Below are positions 48,455 through 60,530 of a stretch of 64,000 nucleotides of DNA, one piece after another. The DNA lies in contig JBHGNT010000005.1 of NCBI GenBank assembly GCA_043228905.1, positions 5,456,001 through 5,520,000 on the forward strand, read 5' to 3'. The position numbers and the translations under genes were made by a program. The first letter of the stretch is position 1. The number at the start of each line of letters is the position of its first letter. This DNA comes from Azolla caroliniana. Its lineage: Eukaryota; Plantae; Polypodiophyta. The notes beneath the pieces were generated by a model. That model saw only the letters and a list, made by a program, of their open reading frames with translations. It was not told where the DNA came from and made no database searches.

Positions 48455-49130
48455 ATGTTACATAAGCTAGATGAAAAAAAAAAAACCCGAATAAATCAGA
48501 TTCTATGTTGGAAAATCAACATGCATAAATAATGTAAATCAAAGGATATGGTTTATATTCCTTGTGGATACTTAAATATTAACATTCATATGTTATGTTA
48601 GTTATGATAGTTCGTAACCCAAGACCCCATTATGTTGCCATAAGCTAGGTGATACAAAAACAAACAATACATATTGTATGTTGGAGAATCAACATACATA
48701 AATAATGTAAATCTAAGGATATGGTTTATGTTCCTTGTGGGTACTTAAATATTAACATTCATATGTTATGTAAGTTACAATTCTTCATAACCCAATACCC
48801 CATCATGTTGCATAAGCTAGTAGATGAAACAAAAACAATACCAAACAAGGCCGCAAGGCATTGTAAGTAGGCTCATCTTCTTTTACTTGATCGGAGGAAG
48901 ACTCCCCGATGTGTGTATAAGTCTCCTTGTAGACTCTCTATGTAATAATCCTTCCTAACTAATGGGAAAGTAGCTTCATTTTGAAAAAAAAACAATACCA
49001 AACAATACATATTGTATGTTGGAGAATCAAATGCATAAATAATGTAAATAAAATGATATGGTTTATATTCCTTGTGGGTATTTAAATATTAACATTCTTA
49101 TGATATGTACGTTAGGATAGTTTGTAAACC
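48455..49130. repeat. Tandem repeat, about 3 x 173 bp, interrupted by a LINE tail
   Basis: tatgttgga(a/g)aatcaa...ggtttat(a/g)ttccttgtgg...aaatattaacatt recurs at about 48504, 48677 and 49015. Confidence 0.85.
48849..48990 (+). mobile_element. Short LINE 3'-end insertion
   Basis: TSD aacaataccaaacaa on both sides; the insert matches the 36040-36150 LINE tail. Confidence 0.8.
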
Positions 49131-49249
49131 AAAAATGATGTGGACTAAGAATAATCCAGCTCCTTATTAAATTCATGTGCTCCTCTTACGGAAAGTTGTC
49201 TTGAATGTTATGACACCATAAGTCCATTTACAAAGTAATATGCAAGTTC

Positions 49250-51068
49250 ACAAAAAATTGCTAATACAATCGAAATTGGAACACCCTAAAACCTAGTAAA
49301 AATAATTGGGGAAAGAGTTGAACTCTGATGCCCGAGGAGTGGCGGCCCTCGGAAGGCAAAGTAGTGGTGGTTGTTCAATCCAAGCCTAAAGTTAAAAGAA
49401 CCGACTAGCATGGAGGACAGGGTGGCCCGCACCATAATGAGGGCCTAGTCAAGTTTAAGAGAATGATTGGTCTTAATGCAACCGTTGTTTTGGAACCCTT
49501 GTATTAGAAGCGAAGATGATATGATGCTTGGCCAGAAAAAATACTTGCATGGGGCCAAATGTTAGGGTATAATGTTAGTTTAGTAAGAGATTTGGAGGTT
49601 TTCAAAATGAAGAGGGAGGGTCAGGTTAGTAGTACTATGTTTACTAACAGGCTGGAAAAGGTGACCCAGTTGATAGATAAGGTTGTTGATGGTCGAGCTA
49701 GGTTGAATGACTAAGACGAGGTCGGGTTTGGGTTGTTTGTAGGTGAGGGTGATGCACAAATTATCCGTGGCAGGGGCCCATCTAATGAGTATCATTTGTG
49801 GGGCAACCTAAGTGCTTTGACAGACAATGGCCAGTGGTTGGCAGTTGTTAGGGGCATGACCATACGGTATAATCTTACCACGGGATATTATATGGTCATG
49901 CCCGTAATATCAATGTGGGTGGCAATGTTGGAAGGTACGAAGTGGCAAGTAAACCCGGATCGGAATTGATTATAAACTTTGGATATTTGGCAACAAGCCC
50001 TTATGTGATTTGGAGTGGGATTCACTAGAGGTATGGTGGCAGAAACCGGGAACGAACAAACTGGGAAGGTTTTTCGAGTACAATACTAAGATAGGAAGGC
50101 AAATCATTGGCTCCAAATCAATGGGCGCTCCTCAAACTCACAATAGTTTGGGGGATAAAGGCATATCTGATGACTTGGTTAAGTTGTTTTGGAGGAGACT
50201 ATGGGCGTTCAATATGCCAGAAAAAATAAAGTTTTGGTTGTGGCTTCTTAGCCATAAGACGGTACCTGTGGGGGAGTGGCTAAGGTGTCGTGGTGGGGAG
50301 GCTGATTGCAAGATATCTGGACACTCTTTGGACTTGATCCTTCACTGTTTTTGGAATTGCGCAAAGGCAATTAGCATTTGGGGTAGAAGTCTCAGGATCA
50401 TGGCAGCATGCGGTGTGAATGGGAGAGTTGTATGGGGATCCTTACAAGGGCTGAAGTTAACGGGGGAAGCCTGTGCAGAACAATTAAACCTGCATGGTCA
50501 TGGATTTATAGTGCAAGGTGGCAATGTGTTTCAATGTGTTGGAGTTCGACTTGGCACAAACTCTACATTTTTTGAGGAGATATGGATGATGGTGGCTTGC
50601 TTATCGGTTTGGCACATTTGGACCAAGTGTTGTAAGTTTGTTTTTCAACAACAAAATGGTGTTGTTAAACATCTGGTTCGAGTTGGTATCTTGGCTGCGG
50701 GGACAATACGACTCGATTCAAGGGGAATCAGATGAAGCAAAAAGAGTTTGGTCAAAGTTACTGCTAAAATGGGACAATTCTCCTATGGTGGTCAGATCAT
50801 CATCAGGACATAAATGGAACTACCAAGCACCCAGATGGTTGTTTCTGCCAATGGCTTCCATTAGTGATCAAGGGCTATAAATATGTATAACTATGTTACA
50901 AGTTAACTACCATGTTAAAAGAGTTGATGGGATACTTTTGCTGTAAATGAGGGGGTGGGGACTATGATCACTTTGATGAGAAGGCCAGAGTGAATTTTGC
51001 TGAAATTTGTTGGTCTTTGATGTACTTTGTTTGCTAACTAATTGAAGTAGTGTTTTTTTGGGGGGAAA
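49250..51068 (+). mobile_element. L1-like LINE 3' part (zf-RVT)
   Basis: FWRRLWAFNMPEKIKFWLWLLSHK...HCFWNC, WNYQAPRWLF; tail gctaactaattgaagtagtgtttttttgggg; 5' boundary approximate. Confidence 0.85.
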
Positions 51069-52296
51069 TAGCCAGAAATTATCAAAGCTTTGTCATGAGG
51101 TTCTTTCCTACAACAATGGGTGTAAATTGAGCATGAACAACCATAAACTATAAAGACAAAAATTCACTCCAACAGATGTACACAAATCTTATGCATGGTA
51201 ATGGTTCAATTTAAGCAAAGACCAAGGATGAGGTGAAGCCCTAAGGATTCTTCAAATTTTGATTGTTATTAGTTCGAGATTTTTAAATATCACCATTCTG
51301 AACTAAAGCAAATGTCAACATTCGCACTATAACTTGTTCATCAAGGTTGCTTGGAACTATGATAACATACATGACGTGTTCGGTAAAACTGATTGACAAC
51401 TATTCAAATAAAATGGATATGGAGACAAATTGTAAATCAAGCGAACATCTATGAGTATTTTTTGGCGCTCTTGACCATGATTAAAATAAATCCAAGAAAA
51501 ACAATCGCAGACTCTAGAGATTTTCTTTATTTAATGACACATCTTGCGATTAAAATAATGACCTTTCCATGACCAAATAACACAATAATGGGGGACAACA
51601 GCTTCACAATGCTATTACCTACTAGCATATAGCATCCTCTATTATGGCCAAATGAGACAATAGCAACCAATGAGTGACCAAGATAATGGTGAAAAACTTT
51701 AGTACTAGGAAATTGCACCATAACTGAGATATGGCAACAATAAAAAAATAACAGAAGGGAAACCATGTTCAGGGGAGCTCATATCGGCAACAATGGAAAA
51801 ATAATACAATAACTCCAATATGTCATGTTGGGAACTACTTTACTACATTTTTATCTATAGATACACTGGTTTCTATCCACCTAAACATACATTTGTCCAT
51901 TGATTGTCCACCTATAGATGCAATATCACCGCTTCTATTTAGAAGCACTGATATCTTAAATAACAGTACGTGTTTAATGTTGGATTCATGAGTATAAACC
52001 CCAAATTTTCCCATCACGCTCTTTATCTGTTTTGATTCTGTTTGGTGTAAAAGTAATAATATTAAAAGGTACATAAATAACTCAAAAGTTTTGGACATCA
52101 TTATTCGTTAGAAAAAACTGACCCTTGACATGTTTTATTAATAAATATAAAATGATAGATCTTTATGATGTTAACTGATATTATGATAATAATCAATTGA
52201 TAAGAACACATGGATTGATGTTAATTTCCACGTCCCACATGAACCAATTTACAGATGAAATGGATTCAGACTGATAAACTCATGCTCCAATCATAC

Positions 52297-55072
52297 TTAA
52301 GGATATAGATTATTTGACTTGATGTAGTCCACAACACTTGGTGGAGTCAAGAGATCGATCGGAAGACCCTTGGACAAGTTGTCCCTGTCATAGAATGTAA
52401 ACATGGAAATTATTTCTTCCTCTATCAAAGTTTCTTCCTGATTACAAGTTTCCAAAAGATGGTCAGCTTCTATTCATGTGTGTGAGGTACTCTTTCTTTT
52501 ATTGTTTCAGTAAAACAAAAGAAGACAAGTGTGTAATGCATTCCAACATTTCTAAAACATTTTCCTCAACAAAAAGTGTAGAATAGAGATAAGCCAATTG
52601 CAAACCGGAGTTTTGTAGAGCTCAGGTCACTTTCAATATCATTAATGATGATTATGTTTTCCTGCATTGATTGAAAGTGAAGCATGAAAAGAATATAAAT
52701 AAAAAGAATCTAGTTATCAAAACTTAAATAATGTTTTATACGAATGCCACCTTATGTCTTGATAATAAATCGTTCTCAGAGATCAACTTCACCAAATCCC
52801 GCCCTCCTCTCTGGACACAAATAAGACCATGCTCTCGACAGATCGTTTCCACCTCAAGATAAAAACGACCGTAAAACATTATCCATTAGTTGATAAGAGG
52901 TGCCCTGATAAATATAACAGCATAGAGGATCGCACCACACCTGATCAGGAATCCAAATACCCGGTTTTGTGAATGATTCCAACAAGTCGGCTCCGCACAA
53001 CAGAAAGACTCGCAGAGTCATTCCTAGAAGGTGTGACAAAACAATTGACAATACACATAAGCATAATATATTTAGTACAAAACCTAAAATCATCTTTGAC
53101 TAATATTAACATTTTTAACTCAAGAAGATGAACCAAAATAGTTACACTAACTGTCATCACTGGCGATGGATTCAATCGCCTGCAAGGAAGATGCTACTCT
53201 AGCCAGCACCTTCAATGTTCGTTGATACGTCCGCTGCAAGGCCTGCCTTAAGAGAGAAAACATTTTTTCTCTTTTAAGCCCTAGTGTTGGTTGTATGATC
53301 GATTTTGAGTGAAAAAGATTGATTGTACTGTACCTCCCATGGATCTACCATGATGAATGACGAATTCTCTACTGCAAGCTGACACATTTTGATTCTATGT
53401 TCTGCAGAAACCAAACCCTAAAAGAAAACCATTTACTATCATTTTTTATACAGAATTGATATTTCCTTATTGTTTTTTCGTACTTACTTCCTTCCCATAC
53501 GCATTATTGACCGGTGACATATAACCACCCAGACAATGATAACCACGAGAAATAAGAGCTTTCTTCCCCAAATCTGAGGAAAAAAAAGACTGTCAAGAAG
53601 AAGTTCCAGAACTGGCCCCACGTGTGTTACATAGTCATAAAATCTTATCTAATAAAGATGACCACTAGCAACTGCCAAAATAATTGCACACTTCTTTGCC
53701 ATTCTCATAATACTTAATTGTAATAAACAGTTGAACTACAACATAACAACAAATGAAGCACCACACATTTGTATTGTCTGGACTTTGTGCTTGTAAATAA
53801 ATAAAAAATTACGAGAAACATATTGTGTATCATAACCCCTATCAGGTAGGTCAGTTTTGCATAGCCAAAACTCACTTCAACAGCAGAGGACCATCAACAC
53901 TTGGAAACCAGAGAACTTTCAACAGCTAGAACCAATTATATCTCTATCTCTCATACCCTATGCTTACATATACGGAAAACATGTACAATTATTGCAAATC
54001 TTTAAGTATCTTGGTATCGGTGTACCCACCACAAAAAATGGAGTGTATGCTTTGAGTCTAGACTTCAAGCTGGTTAAAAAAGCTATTATATGTTGGAAAA
54101 CCAATGCAACCAGAGTAATACTCATCAATGGGAAGTGAAACTAATGTTAATAATCTAATATATTTGCCTCCCTTTTCAACATATAGTATCTACGTGAATA
54201 CCAGAAATATTATTACTATTTGAAGAGTTGATTGCCATATTATTACCAAACATATGTAAATGCATGTAAGTGGGAGGATTGAAGCTTCCGTTCTCCACCA
54301 ATACTCCTTGGATTTTAGTCTCCCTACATCCAAAAGAAATAAATAAGGCAAGATTTGTATTCAACTTAAAAGTTATATGGTTTCAAGAAATAACTAGCTT
54401 CTTTGGTGACAGCGCCACCATGTAATATATCGTAATGCTCATCTGATCTGCTGAAGCATCTTCATACGGATATTATATCTTTAAGCTAAGCATTTTCAGC
54501 TATTCATAGATGAATTTACAAAGTTATAAGCCCTACATGATTATCAACAATAGCATAGACATATAGGAGAAAGTGATTGTTAAGGCTTGCATGTACCTAA
54601 TTCTAAAGGCGTCAAACCTTCAAGGGAATCCTAAGAGGATATCTGAAAAGATAACAAAGACATAGAAGTGAATGTGAAAATTCATAGGACTTTCATGCGG
54701 AAGCAAAAGAACTACTTATCCTATTATTTCTCACAATCCATCAAGGTTAAACTTCATCATGAAGAATCAATAGAATCTTCTTCATAATGTGTGTCTTTCT
54801 CTGTTCACCTTCGTGTCATTTGTTGCACACAAGCAAGCCTTTTTACCAATAATGTCAGATTCCATCATCATAAATTTACAAAATTTGTTAATTATGCCTA
54901 AATGTTATAACACTTACTTGGAAAAGTCTTGAAATTTTAACTTGTCAACCGGCAACGCAATGTAAAGATCTATCAAATCAGAAAATACCTGGAAATGTAA
55001 GGATAGTTTGGCATTGAAAGCAAAAAGCTAACCATCTCAGCGATTGTAGGCAAGCTTTGTACCTTCTTCCAT
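52297..55072 (-). CDS. NMNAT: Nicotinamide/nicotinate mononucleotide adenylyltransferase, 10 coding exons, 242 aa
   Basis: Exons 55072-55063, 54969-54918, 54323-54247, 53573-53488, 53417-53334, 53242-53152, 53023-52941, 52852-52751, 52661-52606, 52384-52297; 729 nt open. Motifs [59 protein letters not shown]. Probable 5'UTR exon ends at 56397. Confidence 0.93.
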
Positions 55073-56460
55073 TCAACTATCAGTGGTTGGCCTCTGATCA
55101 ACTTCCCCAGATTCTGATGGATCCTGTCAAGATCTTAAAGGAACACACAAACATACACTCATAAACCCTAAACCTCTAATGGTATGTCCTGTCTTGGTGA
55201 AACCCTAAGCATCACAGGAAAACAATGTGGGTTGGAAAACAAATCTAGAGTTATCAATACAGATAGAAGATATATAACAATGATCTACCTCATCAACAAA
55301 TACCAGATACATGTATGCAATGTGCATATATGTCAGACAAAGCAATGATGCTTGTTTACTTTTCTACTTTGTCCACATCCATGATCCATAGAGACAGACA
55401 CCACCACACCAGAATATACCAGTCTACAGAGAGATAATCCAAAGAGTCCATCCACTTGAGCCATTTATCCTCCCCAGAAAAAAAACCATCTTCATGAATT
55501 TTGAATCGGATTCTATGCACCCACATTTTTTCATCAACTCAAACTGTGACACAATGTCCATCTCGATGCCCGTCTGTGACTGACAACTCCGGTATTAGCT
55601 GGCACACCAGCGTTCTGATGGATGGATGCCCCCATGAATAATAACATAGGAACCTCGTGTGCGAAGTGTGCGAAGAGGATCGCATGCTCATGTATTCGGG
55701 TGAACAACTAACAACCTAGGCCTAAACCTTGTTTAGTGCAAGGAAAAAGAAATGAATTTGCTGATAATTGCATTTGGAGTTGTAGGAATTGACATATTTT
55801 ATCATTTTTCAACTAACCACATTCATCATACAAACAACGCAATGGCAATTACTACTAGACCTATTGCACCATGCACTATTTATTTGTATAGATGCAACTA
55901 GAAACAATATTCCAACACATAACACCTTACATAAATGTTAATATGAGGTGTGTCCGACAGAACCAACCACATTTATCGTGGCTGGTGAAGAACAAGCAGC
56001 CTTCAATAACATGGAGACCACTTCTACACCACTAATTAGATTACCCAAAGGAAGAAAAATATCGGAGGTGTGTCCGGGAGAACTGGTAAGAATAAGCAGC
56101 CAGTAGTGTGGCTGGTGAAAGTTCGACTCAGGCAGCCAAAGGCTTAAAAAAAGCTGGCTGCCATATCAATATGGTGCTCACATGAATTTCCGATTTCATT
56201 CGAGTATGATTTACACACTGGATGTTTTCATTCGAGTATGCTTTTAGGTAGAAATAAACAAAATTAAATTATTAATCGGATTAACAGGACTATTAATAGG
56301 ATTACATCTTATGAATATTCAAACACAGAGAGAGAGAGAGACAGAGAGAGAAACAAAAACAGAAACAGAGAAAGAAAAATAGGCTAAGATACATACCTTA
56401 GAGCGGTGAGCAGGAGATGTCGCGGAATCGTTGAGCAGCGAGCAGGAGGAGATCAGATAG

Positions 56461-56491
<31 letters not shown>

Positions 56492-56756
56492 GGAACAGAA
56501 ACATAACAACTTTTTCTTTTTAACCTTCTGTTTTTTCCAAAACTATATAATTAGCCGGTTCAAGAACTATGAACCGGCTCGATTATTCCGGTTTGTAAAG
56601 AAATCTGGGACTTTGCCCACATTGACCGGCAAAAGTCCCAATGTAATCGGAACGCTGACACTGTTGTTGTTCCTCGGACTTTGCCCAACACTGTTAATAA
56701 ATTATTAGATTGGTGTATTTCCCCGTTTTATAATCATTCATTTGTGTTTCTTGCTT

Positions 56757-57088
56757 GTAGGAATTGGCAATGCTTGGCTCAAGCTTGAACTAAGCCATTA
56801 AATTGTTTATAAACGGTTTGGTTGTTTGGCGGTTTGGTTCAAGCTTGAGCCTCCTTAACCGGTTTAGGCTCGATTTGGCAAGGGTGAAGCTAAATTGAAC
56901 CGTTTATGGCCAAACCGGTTGCTAAAGCGGTTAAGGCTTAAACAATTTTGGCCAAACCCATTACTAAACCGGTTAAGCATTAACCAGTTAAGGAGCTCGT
57001 TTGGTTCAAGTTTGAAAACTTTCTAATGGGTTTGGTTTGGATGAGGCCACACCGGTTAAGCCGAAACCGACCCGTTGTTGATTCCTAC
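56757..57088. mobile_element. hAT-like MITE
   Basis: Imperfect TIR gtaggaattggcaatg / cgttgttgattcctac and many aaccg/cggtt subterminal motifs; TSD imperfect. Similar decayed motif clusters at about 18850-19250 and 38240-38660. Confidence 0.6.
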
Positions 57089-57999
57089 TTCTTGATGTGA
57101 TATACCAAAGTCAACATTAATGGAAGTTGACCATTTCTTGTTTGAACAAACTGTCATCATTTTCAACCACAATAATTTTTAGATTTATCATCAACGTTAG
57201 TGAGCATGATCTCAAACTAAAATGCCCAAACATTAACTTAGTCAATGCATGAACCCCCGATCTTCATTCTAACGGGTGAGCTCAAACTATTGTTGTGATT
57301 AATGTTATCACATTCAACTACTATGTTTTTAAGAGTTTTCATTGATAAGAAAATATTAAATTTATTGGTCAATACATGGACCTCAATCTTATGATTGTAA
57401 CGGTCATGCTCAACAATTACACTATTCTAATTATGTACAAATATTTTAATGGACTTGAGTTGATAAGCGTTAGATGATTCGGCGGGCAAGCCTTTAAAGC
57501 ATCTTAAATTTTGTATAACGGAAATGGTTCCACATTCTACTAGAGCCCATAATATCTTATTGATTGAATTTTTAAGCTGGGTGTTGACAATTTAGCAACA
57601 AAAACAACTTGTTTTTCTAACCTTGTGTGACATACAGGGGGTTGCTCCTTGCTATGTTTGTCATGCATGGAGGGAGATACCCTTTTCACATGCACTTCAA
57701 AATTTAAAAGATTCTAGACAAGTCAAGAGCAAAAAAAAGAGAGAAGAAAAGGAGAACAATAGTTTGTAACTATGAAATTATAATATTGTATCTTAATTGA
57801 TGGATACATGATTAGGATGTCATAAATCGTTTCTCTATTCGTTTTTTTTTTTTTGGGGGGGGGGGGGGGGAACAGTTCTCTATTCATGGTGGGGCGGCAC
57901 AAAGATAATATGTTGATTTTAGTTAGGCATTAGAATATTCAAGCATATATACAAAATATAACGATTTATTGTCTATCCCCAAGTGAATATTCGAATATA

Positions 58000-58620
58000 C
58001 ATGTTATTATAAACATTTCTATTGTCGACCTCCATCTATATAGACTTTCTACATTTTTTGTCTTGACAATGATACCTAACTTCTTTATTGTAATAGAGGA
58101 AGAATATCTAAAAGACTATATCCCAATTAGCTATTTGGTCATCAATTTTGCATTTATACACACGTATTTTCTAGATGTATATATCTCTCAAGATCCCTCA
58201 AGTTCATTGTATATTGAATCAAATATTAGACAACAATCATGATAAGCATCTTGGTTTGGCTTACATAGGACTTAAATCACCAATAGGCTAACTTCATATC
58301 ATTCTTTCTTCTTGTTTTGTTGTGTATTTTTCCAAAAGAGACATTAGATTGCGTTTACAATATGGGAGGACAATGATCTTGTCCGCATGAACAATCTTGG
58401 ACTTTATGTTGAGATGCTTCTTTGGCTTGCTCTCGTTCCTTCTACTTACTTATTTCTATTCCTATGATGTCTTTGCAATCAACATCACGATTGTGTGGCC
58501 CATTTGGCCACAATAGAAACAAACCTTGATGTATGCTCTTCTAGAAAATCTTCACAATGAATATTTGCCTAACCATATTTGATACAACATGTATCTAATA
58601 AGCCTCTCAACCTCTTCACA
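58000..58620 (-). mobile_element. Degenerate RTE/RTEX-like LINE C-terminal fragment
   Basis: Weak minus-strand similarity to the other decayed fragments of this family; boundaries approximate. Confidence 0.3.
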
Positions 58621-59562
58621 ATTCCTCAATATATCGCAACCCTTGCAAGCAACAAACATGGATATAGTTTTCTTGTGAACAACCTTGAGAGTAGAGGCAT
58701 GAATCCCCTGTCATACCATGAGAAACCACAAAGGTGATAGTGCCCCACATTCCAAGTCTTTGAACATTTGTCACCCAAAGTCATAAGAAACCAACCCTTT
58801 GTTAGCAAAATCACACGCACAATAATGTATGTACTTGCAACAAAAGCATTAGAAAATTCGTCATCGTTTCGTAAATCATTCATTACACTCATAAATCAAC
58901 TTATTGATTGCATGTTTAATTTTACAATGTGTGTTAAGCCCCACATTTAATGTAGATTAATTTGAGGGCTAATATCACCCAAGTCTTTGCATGTGAACCA
59001 TCCGTATATCATAAGCCTACTCCAAAAGTCCCTTATATGGAGTTTTCATGAATACAATATGTCATGCTCACATTTAAATTATATCCCTTTTTGAATGGGA
59101 ACAATGTGTAAAAACAAAATTAAAAAATCCATTGTTGAACTAGCGTGCTAATTACATGTTTATGAGTGATCCCAATTCCCATCCTCCCCTCCCCCCTATG
59201 AACATTTAAAGAACATAATAGTGCCATTTATAGAAAAAGAAAATAAAAGAAAAGCAACGTTAGGTTTGGAAATTATAGTGGATATTTCTTTTTAGCGGGG
59301 GCACTTGGTCTTCTCGTATAGTGAGCTCACAACATAATAAGTGCAAGCAATGGGGATTTTTGCTTTGCCAACATTCACATTAGTGTGAGTTCCTAATTTG
59401 TCTTGGTTCTCAGCACAAGCATGATCATAATTAAAAACTAAAAGATTCATTCATAGTTTCACAATAGCACTTCTCGACACACGTTATGAACTCATATTCT
59501 TGATTTTATCTCACTCATTTCAATTCTTTGATAAATCCATGAATGTGCCATGGTGGACATTT

Positions 59563-60530
59563 TTTTTCCCAAACAAGAATATACTCTACAAACTCGATCC
59601 CTTTCTCGGGTAGGCCTTGCCTAGACTATCCTATCCAACATAAGAAATCTCACTTATTTATCTTGCACTTTCACGTGTGTATCTAGCCATCCAATCATAC
59701 ACATCACCTACATTCACTATCCCACATGACATCTCTTTCACGCCCCTCGTTCAACTAATGGGAGGAGGGAACAACCATCTGGGTACTACATACTGCCATT
59801 GTATATCCATTCCATTTGATGTGGCCATCAGTGTAGTACACCACCGCTTTCTAAAGTTCAGCCTCATTAATTCTGCAGCATTATTAGTACCATCAATCCA
59901 CTCATATTGAGCTCTCGGTGTAGTTATTAATGTGTGCCAAATTAGCATAATCGATTCAGCCGGAAGGCGTTTGTGTGCTGAAAATACCTTGGTACACCTT
60001 GTTATCCATATACACCATATGGTAATGGGGGCAAGCAACATCCAAAGATCTCCAAGTTTTTGACTCTGTGCATTAACTGTAGGTACCATGTTGTCAATGA
60101 GCAGCCGAATAGTGCCATTCTCCCCTATGTACTTAGCATTGCATATGCTATCGTATTTCACCACATCATCCTCAAGACAGTTCCAACAAGCATGTCCCCA
60201 GTTGAGGATGAACGAACTAGAGGCATGGCAAAACAAACATATAGTGCCTTTCCCCATACAGCCACTGCCTCGCGACATTCCCATAGACAATGGGAAATGC
60301 TTTCTATATGTCCACATGCAATACATCTAGGGTATACATAGGGGCCTTTACCCCACGTCCCTACCGACAAGGCTCTATGTGCAATAAGCCATAAACACAT
60401 CATTATCTTGCGGTCATAACTGTCATGTCATATCATTTTCCAGAATTTATCTAGTCTCATTTCACTAATGCCCTCCTGCATCCAAAATTTCATTGCCGCA
60501 ATCTTGTCGTATTCTTGTTCTAGAATAATT
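59563..60530 (-). mobile_element. 5'-truncated L1-like LINE (same family as 32361-33290)
   Basis: 17-bp TSD tgccatggtggacattt (59546-59562, 60531-60547); CIACGHIESISHCLWEC; VVPRWLFPPPIS. Confidence 0.92.
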
